Part shown: in pieces, positions 1 through 11,234 of the stretch
How positions within the stretch are numbered: the first letter of the stretch is position 1
Layout: each line of letters begins with the position of its first letter
Assembly: GCA_965215335.1 (NCBI GenBank)
Contig: CBDCDA010000001.1
Location: 1,696,001-1,760,000 of the forward strand
Direction of reading: 5' to 3'
Length of the DNA: 64,000 nt
From: an uncultured Candidatus Entotheonella sp.
GTDB lineage: Bacteria; Tectomicrobia; Entotheonellia; Entotheonellales; Entotheonellaceae
The notes under the pieces: model-generated
Databases searched by the model: none
What the model saw: the letters and a program-made list of their open reading frames with translations, nothing else
Told to the model about the DNA's origin: nothing
Made by a program: the position numbers and the translations under genes

Positions 1-375
<375 letters not shown>

Positions 376-663
376 CTACTCGACGACGCCGAGCAGGTCG
401 GATTCGCGCATGACAAGCAATTCTTCACCGTCAATCGTAATTTCCGTCCCGGCGTACTTGCCGAACAGCACCTTGTTATCGACCGCAACACCAAGCCGGC
501 GCCGCGAGCCGTCTTCCAGGCGCTTGCCCGGCCCGATCGCCAGTACCTGCCCTTCCTGCGGTTTTTCCTTCGCGGTGTCGGGAATGATGATACCGCCTTG
601 CTGTTCTTCCTCGGCTTCGAGGCGTCGGATCAGGACGTTGTCGTTCAGCGGACGAAAGGCCAT
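376..663 (-). CDS. groES: Co-chaperonin GroES
   Basis: [14 protein letters not shown]...[23 protein letters not shown] upstream of the ATG at 663. Confidence 0.97.
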   Translation of the reverse strand: MAFRPLNDNVLIRRLEAEEEQQGGIIIPDTAKEKPQEGQVLAIGPGKRLEDGSRRRLGVAVDNKVLFGKYAGTEITIDGEELLVMRESDLLGVVE

Positions 664-786
664 AACTCGAGTTCTCCTCAATTACGGTATGAGATAGGTG
701 TCAAGCGCATGTCATCACTTTCGGCAAGAGGCCGGCACCCTGCGGAAACGAGGCGGCTGCGACCCCATGCGTTGCGTCTGCGACGA

Positions 787-813
787 TTAGCACTCTAGGA
801 AGTGGAGTGCTAA
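787..813. promoter_or_regulatory. CIRCE element (HrcA operator)
   Basis: Exact TTAGCACTC-N9-GAGTGCTAA upstream of groES; minus-strand TTGACA at 842-837 with a TATCGT -10 abutting it. Confidence 0.96.
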
Positions 814-868
814 CGATAAACGGGTACGGTCTTTTTTGTCAAGATGTGACGGCCAAAATCAGCCACCG

Positions 869-1432
869 TCAGGATGCCCCGAGGAGCGCTTCAGGGGCCA
901 CCGGCACATCCTTTTCAGGAGAAGCGTACCACTTCAGGTAGTCGTGCCAGCTCTCGGGAGGGTTGCGCATGCTTACCGCCAGGGTGACGTGAGGCTGCCG
1001 GGTGGGCTTGCGGGGCTGCCGCTTCAGGCGCAGGCCGCAGTTCTCCAGTGTCTTGCCGCCCTTACGGCGGTTGCAGGCCAGACAGCAGGTCACGATGTTC
1101 GTCCACTCGGTGAGGCCGCCGAGCACGCGCGGCAGCACGTGGTCGTAGGTCAGCTCGCTCGGCGGCGGCATGGCGCCGCAGTACTGGCAGGCATAGTAGT
1201 CGCGGGCGTAGATGTTCTGGCGGGAAAACTTGACGCCGCGCGGCCGGGCGCGCACCAGCTTGTGCAGCCGGATCACCGCCGGCAGGCGCAGGGTGAGTCT
1301 GGCGCTGTGAATCTCACGGGCGTACTCCTCGACGATCTCCGCCTTGCCGGCGAAATAGAGCGTCAGCGCGCGTTTCCAGTTCACGATGCGCAGGGGTTCG
1401 AACGAGGCGTTGAGCAGGAGAACGTGTTCCAT
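869..1432 (-). CDS. HNH endonuclease (McrA-like, stand-alone)
   Basis: VLLLNASFEPL, FSRQNIYARDYYACQYCG, LTYDHVLPR...WTNIVTCCLACNRRKG. Confidence 0.92.
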   Translation of the reverse strand: MEHVLLLNASFEPLRIVNWKRALTLYFAGKAEIVEEYAREIHSARLTLRLPAVIRLHKLVRARPRGVKFSRQNIYARDYYACQYCGAMPPPSELTYDHVLPRVLGGLTEWTNIVTCCLACNRRKGGKTLENCGLRLKRQPRKPTRQPHVTLAVSMRNPPESWHDYLKWYASPEKDVPVAPEALLGAS

Positions 1433-1606
1433 GGCGTGCCGGGTTCCGTCCTGTCGTTCGTGGCGCCCACGGCGCTCTTATTGGCTAGCTTATTGTATCG
1501 AACCCGCCTGTGAAAGGGAACGCCGGGCGCAATTTTCCGGCGGACCTGCTACACTTCCTACCCACAACCCCTGCCTGGAGACGACCCTAGCTCAAGGAGA
1601 GAATGA

Positions 1607-2500
1607 ATGACCGAACGACTGACCCTGATGGCGGTGCATGCCCATCCGGACGACGAATGCATGAGTACCGGCGGCAGCTTGGCGCGCTACCGCGAGGAGG
1701 GCGTACACACCATCCTGGTCACCGCCACGCGGGGCGAGGAGGGCGAGATCGTTGACCCGGAAATGGACCCCGACGAGGTGCGGCCGAAACTCGCCGACGT
1801 GCGTGTGGCGGAGCTCGAAAAGGCATGCCTGCACTTGCAGATCGGGGAGTTGCACCTGCTCAACTACCGCGATTCCGGCATGGCCGGGACGCCGGCCAAC
1901 AACCATCCTGACTGCTTCCACCAAGCCGACCTGCACGCGGCCACCGGACGGCTGGTGCGCCTGATGCGGCAGTGCCACCCGCACGTGGTGACCTGCTACA
2001 ACGAAAACGGCGGCTACGGCCACCCGGATCACATTCAGGTCAACCGCGCGACCGTCGCGGCCTTTCACGCCGCCGGGGACCCCGCGCAATACCCCGAGGA
2101 CGGGCCGGCTCCGTGGCAGCCGCAGAAGCTCTACTACACGTCCTACCCGCGTTCCTACATCCTGATGCGCTACGAGGTCATGCGCTCGATGGGCGTCGAG
2201 TCGCCGATGGACCGGCCGGATTTCGACCCGCAGAAGGTGGGCGGCACGCCGGACGAAGACATCACCACCCGTATCGAGGTGCGCGATTATCTGGCGCGCA
2301 AGATGGAGGCACTGCGCTGCCACCGCAGCCAGATCGCCCCGGATTGGTGGTTCAGGCGCATCCCGCCCGAGGTGCAACGCGACAAATTCGCCCACGAATG
2401 CTTCGTCTGCGTGGCGTCGCATGTACCGCACCGCAGCCCCGAGTCGGACCTGTTCGCCGGCCTGCGCCAGCCGGTGGCGAGCGGTGTGGCCGCGTCGTGA
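1607..2500 (+). CDS. PIG-L/LmbE family deacetylase (MshB/Mca-like)
   Basis: VHAHPDDE, ATRGEEGE, YRDSGMAG, GGYGHPDH and HRSQI motifs; AAGGAG RBS. Confidence 0.9.
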   Translation: MTERLTLMAVHAHPDDECMSTGGSLARYREEGVHTILVTATRGEEGEIVDPEMDPDEVRPKLADVRVAELEKACLHLQIGELHLLNYRDSGMAGTPANNHPDCFHQADLHAATGRLVRLMRQCHPHVVTCYNENGGYGHPDHIQVNRATVAAFHAAGDPAQYPEDGPAPWQPQKLYYTSYPRSYILMRYEVMRSMGVESPMDRPDFDPQKVGGTPDEDITTRIEVRDYLARKMEALRCHRSQIAPDWWFRRIPPEVQRDKFAHECFVCVASHVPHRSPESDLFAGLRQPVASGVAAS

Positions 2501-2593
2501 CCCGCCTGGAGCAACTCCGTATCCGATTCCACTGAGAGGAATGAAAACAAGGTGGGATCCGCTTAGCGCCGATCGAAGGTTCGGAACGCCCAC

Positions 2594-2688
2594 TTGACCT
2601 CGATCGCTTACATCGTCTAGGTTAGTGGCAGCACCCCTTGCGGCTTCGACCGCAGGGCGCGGGGCCTCTTCGGAGGCCCCTGCTTTTT
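2594..2688 (+). other. Putative promoter plus short structured RNA (two hairpins, the second terminator-like) ahead of the NYN gene
   Basis: TTGACC-N18-TAGGTT (2594-2623); hairpin CCCTTGCGG-CTTCGA-CCGCAGGG; hairpin GGGGCCTC-TTCG-GAGGCCCC followed by TGCTTTTT. Confidence 0.55.
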
Positions 2689-2699
2689 GGCGCGAATTG

Positions 2700-3012
2700 A
2701 TGCGCACCCTCGTCTGCGTAGACGGGTTCAATCTCTACTACGGATACGGAGCGCTCAAGGGAACCGCCCGGAAATGGCTGGACCTGCCCGCCCTGTTCGC
2801 GAAAATCCTGCAACCCCACTCACGATATCCTGACCATCAAGTACTTCACGGCGAGACTCTCAGGCACGCCCGCCGACCAATCGAAGCCGCAACGGCAAGA
2901 CGTGTATCTCCGCGCCCTTCGCCATTACCGGCCCGAGGTCGAAGTGTATTTCGGGCATTTTTGAGCCATGCGGTCCGAATGCCCCTTGTGCGGCCGGTCG
3001 GGAACCGGCGCG
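2700..3012 (+). pseudogene. NYN (PIN-like) domain nuclease remnant
   Basis: MRTLVCVDGFNLYYG...KWLDL; after a frameshift near 2820, HDILTIKYFTARLSG...QRQDVYLRAL; second frameshift near 2960; truncated. Confidence 0.8.
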
Positions 3013-3146
3013 AGGAGCAGCTGCATGTTGGCATCACCCAGGTCGGCAAGCACCCGTATCGTATCCCGGTGTTCACTCAAGATCTTAGTGCATCCGGACA
3101 CTACACCTAGAGCCGCGAGCACCAAGACCACCACAAAATTTCGCAT
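2925..3146 (-). CDS. Small lipoprotein-like ORF, probably truncated
   Basis: MRNFVVVLVLAALGVVSGC signal and lipobox; its 3' part overlaps the antisense NYN remnant. Confidence 0.4.
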   Translation of the reverse strand: MRNFVVVLVLAALGVVSGCTKILSEHRDTIRVLADLGDANMQLLLAPVPDRPHKGHSDRMAQKCPKYTSTSGR

Positions 3147-3233
3147 TCATGCTCTTTCCATCTGCGCCCAACTTCCGATAACCGGTCAAAGCCGGTGCAG
3201 GATCATTCACAAACATCCTCTTGTTGAAGCCCT

Positions 3234-4214
3234 CTAATCCATCACCAGCATGATCTTGCCGATGTTGCGGTTCTCTTCCATGTACTGGTGCGCCGCGGCG
3301 GCCTCGGCGAGCGGGAATGAGGTGTCGATGAGGGGTTGAAGGCGGCCGCTTTCGAGCTCGGGGAGCCAGCGGCGGCGGAAGCGCTCGGTGATGGCGACCT
3401 TGTTCGCCAGCGGCTGGCTGCGCATTACCGAGCCGATGACCTGCAGGCGCTTGCGCATGATGAGGCCGAGGTCGGCCTCCACCTTGGCGCCGCCCATGAG
3501 GCCGACCAGCACCAGGCGGCCGGCCGTCTTCAGGCATTTCAGGTTGTTCTGCCAGTAGGCGGCGCCGATGAAGTCCTGCACCAGGTCGACGCCGACGCCG
3601 TCGGTCAGATCCAGTACCCGTGCCGCGAAGTCCGTCGTCTTGTAGTTGACGGCCGCCGCGGCGCCCAGCGCCGCGGTGCGCGCCGCCTTTTCATCCGAAC
3701 CCACCGTGACCAGTACCCGCACCCCGGCCTGCCGCGCCATCTGAATGCCGGCCGTTCCCACCCCGCTGGCGCCGGCATGAATGAGCGCCGTTTCCCCCTC
3801 GTCCAGCCGTCCCAGCGTGAACAGCGTCTCGTTGGCGGTGAAGAAGACCTCGGGCACCGCCGCCGCCTTGACGAAGTCCCAGCCGTCCGGGATGGGCATG
3901 GCCAGGCGGTGGTCGATGCAGGCTTTCTCGGCGTAACCGCCGCCGCCGACCAGGCCGAAGACGCGGTCGCCCGGCTTGAAGCCCGGCGCGTTGGCGCCGA
4001 CCACCTCGACCTCGCCGGCGAGTTCCAGGCCGAGGATGTCCGACTCACCGGGCGGCGGCGGGTAATGGCCACGGCGCTGCATGGTATCGGCGCGGTTCAG
4101 CGCGCTGGCCCGCACGCGCACCAGCAATTCGTCGGCGGTGGGGGTAGGCTCGGCGACGTCTTCCAGGCGCAGCACGTCGGGCCCTCCGTATGTCGGGAAG
4201 GTAATCGCTTTCAT
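3234..4214 (-). CDS. NAD(P)H-quinone oxidoreductase, PIG3 family
   Basis: MKAITFPTYGGPDVL, ALNRADTMQRRGHYPPPPG, IHAGASGVG. Confidence 0.93.
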   Translation of the reverse strand: MKAITFPTYGGPDVLRLEDVAEPTPTADELLVRVRASALNRADTMQRRGHYPPPPGESDILGLELAGEVEVVGANAPGFKPGDRVFGLVGGGGYAEKACIDHRLAMPIPDGWDFVKAAAVPEVFFTANETLFTLGRLDEGETALIHAGASGVGTAGIQMARQAGVRVLVTVGSDEKAARTAALGAAAAVNYKTTDFAARVLDLTDGVGVDLVQDFIGAAYWQNNLKCLKTAGRLVLVGLMGGAKVEADLGLIMRKRLQVIGSVMRSQPLANKVAITERFRRRWLPELESGRLQPLIDTSFPLAEAAAAHQYMEENRNIGKIMLVMD

Positions 4215-4435
4215 GGTGATGGCTGTCTCCAGACGGCAAGGGGGTCGGATTGGCGGTGAAAGGGTGTCTGCCGGAACCGGCAACCGTGGACCCACGAAGC
4301 TAGCACGCAGGCGCGGAGGGTGTCAATTTGACCGCCGCGCCGGGCGCCGCCGTTTGACGCCCCCAGGCGAGTCGTACTACAATCGCACCCGTTTCCGCGA
4401 CGCCTACTCTCATTTTGACCTCGAAAAGGAACGCC

Positions 4436-5458
4436 ATGACCGACCATCGCCCCCCGGTAGAGAATCTTGCCGCCGAGCGCGTCAACGAGATGAGCCGCAA
4501 CTTCTGGAGCTCGGCGGTTTTGCGCGCGGGGATCAAGCTGGACGTCTTTTCGCTCCTGCGGCATCAAGCCCTGTCGTGCGACGACGTGGCGCGGGCGTGC
4601 GGCGCCAACCGGCGCTTCACGGAGGCCTTTCTGGAGGCGTGCGCGGCGCTGGGGTTGCTCGACAAGCGGGACGGGCGCTATACCGACTCGGCGCAGGCGG
4701 CGGCCTTCCTGGTGCCGGACAAGCCGACCTACGTGGGCGATCTGGTTTTGCACATCACCAACTACTGGCACACCTGGGGCAAGCTGGACCAGCTCATCAA
4801 GGAAGGCCGCACGGAACTGCCGTTCGAGAACGGCTTCGTGGACGCGCCGACGTACTGGACCGACTACATGCGGGGCCAGCACAATCGTGCCACCGCCGGC
4901 CAGGGCGCCTACCTGGTGCAGAGCGTGCCGCTGGATGGCAGGCACAAAATGCTCGATCTCGGGGGCGGCGCGGCCAGTTACAGCATCGCTCTGTGCGCCG
5001 CCAATCCGGAATTGCGCGCCGACGTTGTCGATCAGGTGGAGCCGCTGGCGGTCGCCCGCCCGCTGGTCGAGGCGGCGGGACTGCAGGATCGCATCACCCT
5101 GGTACCGGGCGATTTCAACACGATCGAGCTGGCGAGCGATTACGACGTGGTGCTGATTTCCGGGGTGGTGCTGATCAAATCCGCAGCGGATTGCCGGGCG
5201 GTGTTCCGCCGCGCGCTGGGCGCCCTCGACCCGGGCGGTCTGGTCATCGTGCAGGACTTCATGCGCGTCGACCACAGCGCCGCGCGCAGCTTCCTGGACA
5301 CCATGATGGACATGTACGTGGTGGTGGGCTTCGACCCCGGCGCCGGCGACCGCTTTGGCGACGAGGTGGCGGGCTGGCTGGCCGACGAGGGCTTCGTCAA
5401 CACGCGGCAAATCCCACTGCCCACGCACCTGGCGCTGGTGCTCGCCGACAAGCCGTAG
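4436..5458 (+). CDS. SAM-dependent O-methyltransferase (family 2, with dimerisation domain)
   Basis: LDLGGGAA SAM motif, GDF motif, N-terminal winged helix. Confidence 0.9.
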   Translation: MTDHRPPVENLAAERVNEMSRNFWSSAVLRAGIKLDVFSLLRHQALSCDDVARACGANRRFTEAFLEACAALGLLDKRDGRYTDSAQAAAFLVPDKPTYVGDLVLHITNYWHTWGKLDQLIKEGRTELPFENGFVDAPTYWTDYMRGQHNRATAGQGAYLVQSVPLDGRHKMLDLGGGAASYSIALCAANPELRADVVDQVEPLAVARPLVEAAGLQDRITLVPGDFNTIELASDYDVVLISGVVLIKSAADCRAVFRRALGALDPGGLVIVQDFMRVDHSAARSFLDTMMDMYVVVGFDPGAGDRFGDEVAGWLADEGFVNTRQIPLPTHLALVLADKP

Positions 5459-5595
5459 CGGCTGTTCGCAGGGGGGGTCGTTGCAGGCGGGTGACCCATC
5501 TGCGGCTTATTTGGAACCGCGCTGGTTTTTGCTGTAGTATAGCGGCTTCGCACCCTAAATTGTCCGTTCACGACCCCAGACCCACCGTCTACCTT

Positions 5596-6510
<915 letters not shown>

Positions 6511-6514
6511 GACG

Positions 6515-7870
6515 ATGGCGGGACACCCCTTGCCCGGCGGCTCTGCCGCGGCGGAGCCTTCCAGGGCGCCAGCGCCGGACGGGGGCCGTCGGATCTCGCT
6601 GGCCGACATGGGCAAAGAGGCGGGGCTGGCGGCGTTCGTTGCCCTGATGCTGGCGCTGCCCATGGGCGGCTTCAAGACCACGGAAGCCGTCACCGGGCTC
6701 GGCCTCACGTTTCGGCCCTTCTCCGTCCTCGTTGCCGTGGTGTTCGTGTTCGTCGGCCGCATCGTGCTGATCGTGCTGCGCGAGCGCCGCGGCGCGGCGC
6801 CTCGCGGTGACGGTGGGGCGGGTCTGATGGACCGTATCGCGCGCGGCGCCGCGCAGGGCTCGACGAGCATCGGCATCGTCATTCTGACGATGGCGGTTCT
6901 CCTGCCGTTCATGCCGTTTTCCAGCCGCTACCTCATCGACACGGCAACCACCGTGCTCATTTACGTCATGCTCGGCTGGGGGCTGAACATCGTGGTCGGG
7001 CTGGCGGGCCTGCTGGACCTGGGCTACGTGGCCTTCTACGCGGTCGGCGCCTACTCCTACGCCCTGCTGTCCACGGAGTTCGGTTTTTCCTTCTGGCTCT
7101 GCCTGCCCCTGGCCGGCGTGTTCGCCGCCATGGCGGGCGTGCTGCTCGGCTTTCCGGTGCTGCGGCTGCGCGGCGACTATCTGGCCATCGTGACGCTCGG
7201 CTTCGGCGAGATCATCAGGCTCATCCTGCTGAACTGGTACGAGGTCACCAACGGCCCCGACGGCATTTCCCGCATCCCCCGTCCGACCTTCCTCGGTCTG
7301 GAATTCACGCGCCGCCCGGCCGAGGACGTCACGGCGTTTCATCAATACTTCGACATCCCCTATTCCGGCCAGCACCGGGTGATCTTCCTGTACTTTCTCA
7401 TCCTGGGGCTGGCCCTGCTCACCAATGTGTTCACCCAGCGCATTCGCAAGCTGCCCGTCGGGCGCGGCTGGGAGGCGCTGCGCGAGGACGAGATCGCCTG
7501 CCGGTCGCTCGGCATCAACCCGACCAACACCAAGCTGACGGCCTTCGGCCTGGGGGCGCTGTTCGGCGGCTTCGCGGGCGCTTTCTTCGCCACCCGGCAG
7601 GGGTTCGTCAGCCCGGAGAGCTTCACGTTTATCGAGTCGGCCATTATCCTGGCGATCGTCGTGCTGGGCGGCATGGGCAGCCAGCTCGGCGTGGTGCTGG
7701 CGGCGACGCTGCTGACCGTTCTGCCCGAGCTGGGCCGCGAGCTGGCGCAGTTCCGCATGCTGGTGTTCGGCGCCGCCATGGTGGGCATCATGGTGTGGCG
7801 GCCGCGCGGCCTGCTGGCCCACCGCGAGCCGACCCTGCTGCTCTACGGCAAGGGACGAGGTGCGACATGA
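6515..7870 (+). CDS. livM: Branched-chain amino acid ABC permease LivM
   Basis: [43 protein letters not shown]. Confidence 0.95.
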   Translation: MAGHPLPGGSAAAEPSRAPAPDGGRRISLADMGKEAGLAAFVALMLALPMGGFKTTEAVTGLGLTFRPFSVLVAVVFVFVGRIVLIVLRERRGAAPRGDGGAGLMDRIARGAAQGSTSIGIVILTMAVLLPFMPFSSRYLIDTATTVLIYVMLGWGLNIVVGLAGLLDLGYVAFYAVGAYSYALLSTEFGFSFWLCLPLAGVFAAMAGVLLGFPVLRLRGDYLAIVTLGFGEIIRLILLNWYEVTNGPDGISRIPRPTFLGLEFTRRPAEDVTAFHQYFDIPYSGQHRVIFLYFLILGLALLTNVFTQRIRKLPVGRGWEALREDEIACRSLGINPTNTKLTAFGLGALFGGFAGAFFATRQGFVSPESFTFIESAIILAIVVLGGMGSQLGVVLAATLLTVLPELGRELAQFRMLVFGAAMVGIMVWRPRGLLAHREPTLLLYGKGRGAT

Positions 7871-8769
7871 CACAAGCGGCGAGCCGTGCGGCGGCAGATA
7901 ACGGCGTGTTGCTGACCGTTGAGCACATGACCATGCGCTTCGGCGGGATCGTGGCCATCGACGACCTTTCCTTCGTGGCCAGGAAGGGGGAAATCACCGC
8001 CATCATCGGCCCGAACGGGGCCGGCAAGACGACGGTATTCAACTGCCTGACCGGCTTCTACAAGCCCACCGTTGGGCGTATCGCCCTGCATCACCCCAGC
8101 GGCACGATGCTGCTGGAACGCATGGAAGGGTTCCGCATCGCGCAGCGCGGCGGCGTGGCGCGGACGTTTCAGAACATCCGGCTGTTCGGCCGCATGACCG
8201 TTCTGGAAAACCTGATCGTGGCGCAGCACAACGCCCTCATGCGGGCCTCGGCGTTTACGGTCGCCGGTCTGCTGGGGCTGCCGCGCTACCGCCACGCCGA
8301 GCAGCGGGCCATCGCCAAGGCGCGCGAGTGGCTGGACAAGGTGCAGCTTGTGGATTTCGCCGATTGGGAGGCCGGCAACCTGCCCTACGGCGCCCAGCGC
8401 AAGCTCGAAATCGCCCGCTGCATGTGCAACGACCCGCTGCTGCTTTGTCTCGACGAGCCCGCCGCCGGCCTCAACCCGCGCGAATCCGCGGCGTTGAACG
8501 CGATGCTGCGCAGCATCCGCGACGAGCAAGGCATCGGCCTGCTGCTCATCGAGCACGACATGAACGTGGTCATGGGCATCTCGGACCACATCGTGGTGCT
8601 CGATTACGGGCGCAAGATCGCCGACGGCACCCCGACCGAGGTGCGTCATGACCCGGCGGTCATCCGGGCCTATCTCGGGGAGGAAGAAGAGGGCGATCTG
8701 CCGCCCGTGCTCAGCGATACCATGCAGGGGCAGCCGGAAGGAACGGATGACGACACAGGAACGGCATGA
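7867..8769 (+). CDS. livG: Branched-chain amino acid ABC ATPase LivG
   Basis: [32 protein letters not shown] overlap with livM. Confidence 0.93.
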   Translation: MTQAASRAAADNGVLLTVEHMTMRFGGIVAIDDLSFVARKGEITAIIGPNGAGKTTVFNCLTGFYKPTVGRIALHHPSGTMLLERMEGFRIAQRGGVARTFQNIRLFGRMTVLENLIVAQHNALMRASAFTVAGLLGLPRYRHAEQRAIAKAREWLDKVQLVDFADWEAGNLPYGAQRKLEIARCMCNDPLLLCLDEPAAGLNPRESAALNAMLRSIRDEQGIGLLLIEHDMNVVMGISDHIVVLDYGRKIADGTPTEVRHDPAVIRAYLGEEEEGDLPPVLSDTMQGQPEGTDDDTGTA

Positions 8770-9488
8770 TGCTCACTATTCAGGGCGTGCATACCTTTTA
8801 CGGCCAGATCGAGGCGCTGAAGGGCGTTGACATCGAGGTGCAAGAGGGCGAGATCGTCACCCTCATCGGGGCCAACGGGGCCGGCAAGTCCACGCTGCTG
8901 ATGACCATCTGCGGCAACCCGCGCGCCGCCAGCGGGCGCATCTATTTCGACAACCAGGACATCACCGGTCTGCCGACGCACGACATCATTCATCGTGGCG
9001 TTGCCCAGGCCCCGGAAGGGCGGCGCATCTTTCCGCGCATGACGGTCATCGAAAACCTGCGCATGGGCGCCCTGTCCACCGACGACGCCTACTTCGACGA
9101 CGACATGGCGAGCGTTTTCGCCCTTTTCCCGCTGCTGCGGGAAAGGCGCAACCAGCGCGGCGGCACGCTTTCCGGTGGCGAGCAGCAGATGCTCGCCATC
9201 GGCCGCGCCCTGATGAGCCGCCCGAAGCTCCTGCTGCTCGACGAGCCGTCGCTCGGCCTCGCCCCGATGATCGTCAAGCAGCTTTTCGCGGTCATCAAGG
9301 AGATCAACGAGCAGCAGGGCGTGACCATTTTCCTGGTCGAGCAAAACGCCTATCACGCCCTGCGGCTGGCGCACCGGGGCTACGTCATGGCCACGGGCGA
9401 GGTCATCATGGCCGGAACCGGGGCCGAGTTGCTTGCCAATCCGAGGATTCATGCCGCCTATCTGGAAGGTGGGCATCAGGGGGTATGA
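8766..9488 (+). CDS. livF: Branched-chain amino acid ABC ATPase LivF
   Basis: GANGAGKST, LSGGEQQMLAIGRALMSRPKLLLLDEPS. Confidence 0.95.
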   Translation: MMLTIQGVHTFYGQIEALKGVDIEVQEGEIVTLIGANGAGKSTLLMTICGNPRAASGRIYFDNQDITGLPTHDIIHRGVAQAPEGRRIFPRMTVIENLRMGALSTDDAYFDDDMASVFALFPLLRERRNQRGGTLSGGEQQMLAIGRALMSRPKLLLLDEPSLGLAPMIVKQLFAVIKEINEQQGVTIFLVEQNAYHALRLAHRGYVMATGEVIMAGTGAELLANPRIHAAYLEGGHQGV

Positions 9489-9492
9489 GGCT

Positions 9493-9846
9493 TTGGCAGA
9501 CATCCTGGGGTCATCGCTTGGCGTTTTCATTGGTCTGAATGTTATACTGTTCGGCATCGCTTCATGGATGACCGGGCGGGCCCTCGCCGAGACCTGGAAA
9601 TCGCTGTGGTCAGCCCTTCCCTATGGCCTCCTGCTGGGCTTTGGATCGCGGTTTCTCACCTACGCCCTTTTCGAGGGAGATTTCCTGTCGGCACGCGGAT
9701 ACGCCATTTCCATCGCCGTGCTGTGGTTCATCATGTTCATCGCTTACCGACTCAATCGGGCACGGTTGATGATTCAGCAATATCCCTGGATGTACGAACG
9801 CCGCTGGCTGTTCGCCTGGCGGGCGAAAACGCCGGGCGCAGCCTGA
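9493..9846 (+). CDS. Small membrane protein within the liv operon (start uncertain)
   Basis: Three hydrophobic segments; RFLTYALFEG and QQYPWMYER; lies between livF and the binding protein. Confidence 0.75.
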   Translation: MADILGSSLGVFIGLNVILFGIASWMTGRALAETWKSLWSALPYGLLLGFGSRFLTYALFEGDFLSARGYAISIAVLWFIMFIAYRLNRARLMIQQYPWMYERRWLFAWRAKTPGAA

Positions 9847-9900
9847 TGCTTGTGGGGCGGCCCTCATATACCTGACATACCCGCGGAACATAAGGAGAAG

Positions 9901-11010
9901 ATGTCGATGCGCAGACTTACCGTAACCGTAATGGCCCTGATAGCGGCTTTGGCTCTGGGCGCCTCGACGGCCCAGGCGGAAATCGTGATCGCCACCGCCG
10001 GCCCCCTGACCGGCCAGTATGCCTCGTTCGGCGAGCAGATGAAGGCGGGCGCCGAGATGGCCGTCCAGGACCTCAACGCCGCGGGTGGCGTGCTGGGGCA
10101 GCAGTTGCGACTGGAGCTCGGCGACGACGCCTGCGACCCCAAGCAGGCGGTGGCCGTGGCCAATCAGATGGTGAACAAGGGCGTGGTGTTCATGGCCGGG
10201 CATTTCTGCTCCGGTTCGTCCATCCCGGCTTCCGCAGTGTACGACGAGGAAGGCATCGTGCAGATTTCGCCGGCGTCGACCAATCCGAAGCTCACCGACG
10301 AAGGCGGTCCGGGTACCTATCGTGTCTGCGGTCGGGACGACCAGCAGGGCATAGTGGCGGGGGATTACATTGCGGACAACTTCCCCGGTACCAGGGTCGC
10401 CCTCCTGCACGACAAGACCGCCTACGGCAAGGGGCTGACCGATGAAACCCGCATGCAGTTGCACAAACGCGGTGTCGAGGAAGCCATGTACGAAGCCTAC
10501 ACCGCCGGGGAGAAGGACTACGCGGCCCTGGTGTCGAAGATGAAGGCCGACAACATCGACGTTATCTACGTCGGCGGCTACCACACCGAGGCCGGGCTGA
10601 TTCTGCGCCAGGCGCGTGACCGTGGGCTGCAAGCGCAGTTGATCTCCGGCGATGCCCTGGTGACCCAGGAGTACTGGCAAATCACCGGCAGCATCGGCGA
10701 AGGCACGCTGATGACCTTCAGCCCCGACCCGCGCAAGAACCCCGACGCGGCGCCCATCGTGAAGCGTTTCCGCGACGCCGGCATCGAGCCGGAAGGCTAT
10801 GTGCTGTACACCTACGGCGCCATCCAGGCGTGGGCGCAGGCGGCCGGGAAGGCCGGCTCGATCGACTTCGACAAGGTGGTCGAGTCGCTCAATACCAACC
10901 AGTTTTCGACCGTCCTCGGCGACATCGGCTTCGACGAAAAGGGCGACGTCACCGCGCCGGGTTACGTCTTCTACGTCTGGAGCAACGGCTCCTACGATTA
11001 CGTCCGGTAA
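9901..11010 (+). CDS. livK: Branched-chain amino acid ABC substrate-binding protein (LivJ/K)
   Basis: Signal peptide; GPLTGQYA, DDACDPKQAVAVAN, GHFCSGSSIPAS; AAGGAG RBS. Confidence 0.93.
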   Translation: MSMRRLTVTVMALIAALALGASTAQAEIVIATAGPLTGQYASFGEQMKAGAEMAVQDLNAAGGVLGQQLRLELGDDACDPKQAVAVANQMVNKGVVFMAGHFCSGSSIPASAVYDEEGIVQISPASTNPKLTDEGGPGTYRVCGRDDQQGIVAGDYIADNFPGTRVALLHDKTAYGKGLTDETRMQLHKRGVEEAMYEAYTAGEKDYAALVSKMKADNIDVIYVGGYHTEAGLILRQARDRGLQAQLISGDALVTQEYWQITGSIGEGTLMTFSPDPRKNPDAAPIVKRFRDAGIEPEGYVLYTYGAIQAWAQAAGKAGSIDFDKVVESLNTNQFSTVLGDIGFDEKGDVTAPGYVFYVWSNGSYDYVR

Positions 11011-11234
11011 GGGCCCCGCCCCGGACGGGCGTGAAGGGCTTCCTGCACGGACTGCCTGGAGCGCCCGCAGCGCCTCCTGCATCAATCGGAAACCTACTTT
11101 TCCCTTTGGCGCAAGATGGGGTCAGCCAGCGGTTGACCGGCGCCCCTCGCTAGGCTATGGTTACGGCGTCTTCAGAGCACTGCGCAGGACCATACCCTGA
11201 CACGGAATCATGTGTGTTCGACGGAGAGAGCACG

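Noticed and set aside
869..1432. HNH as a homing or defence nuclease
   Set aside because: Ordinary stand-alone HNH subfamily with host-like composition; no methylase, intron or repeat context
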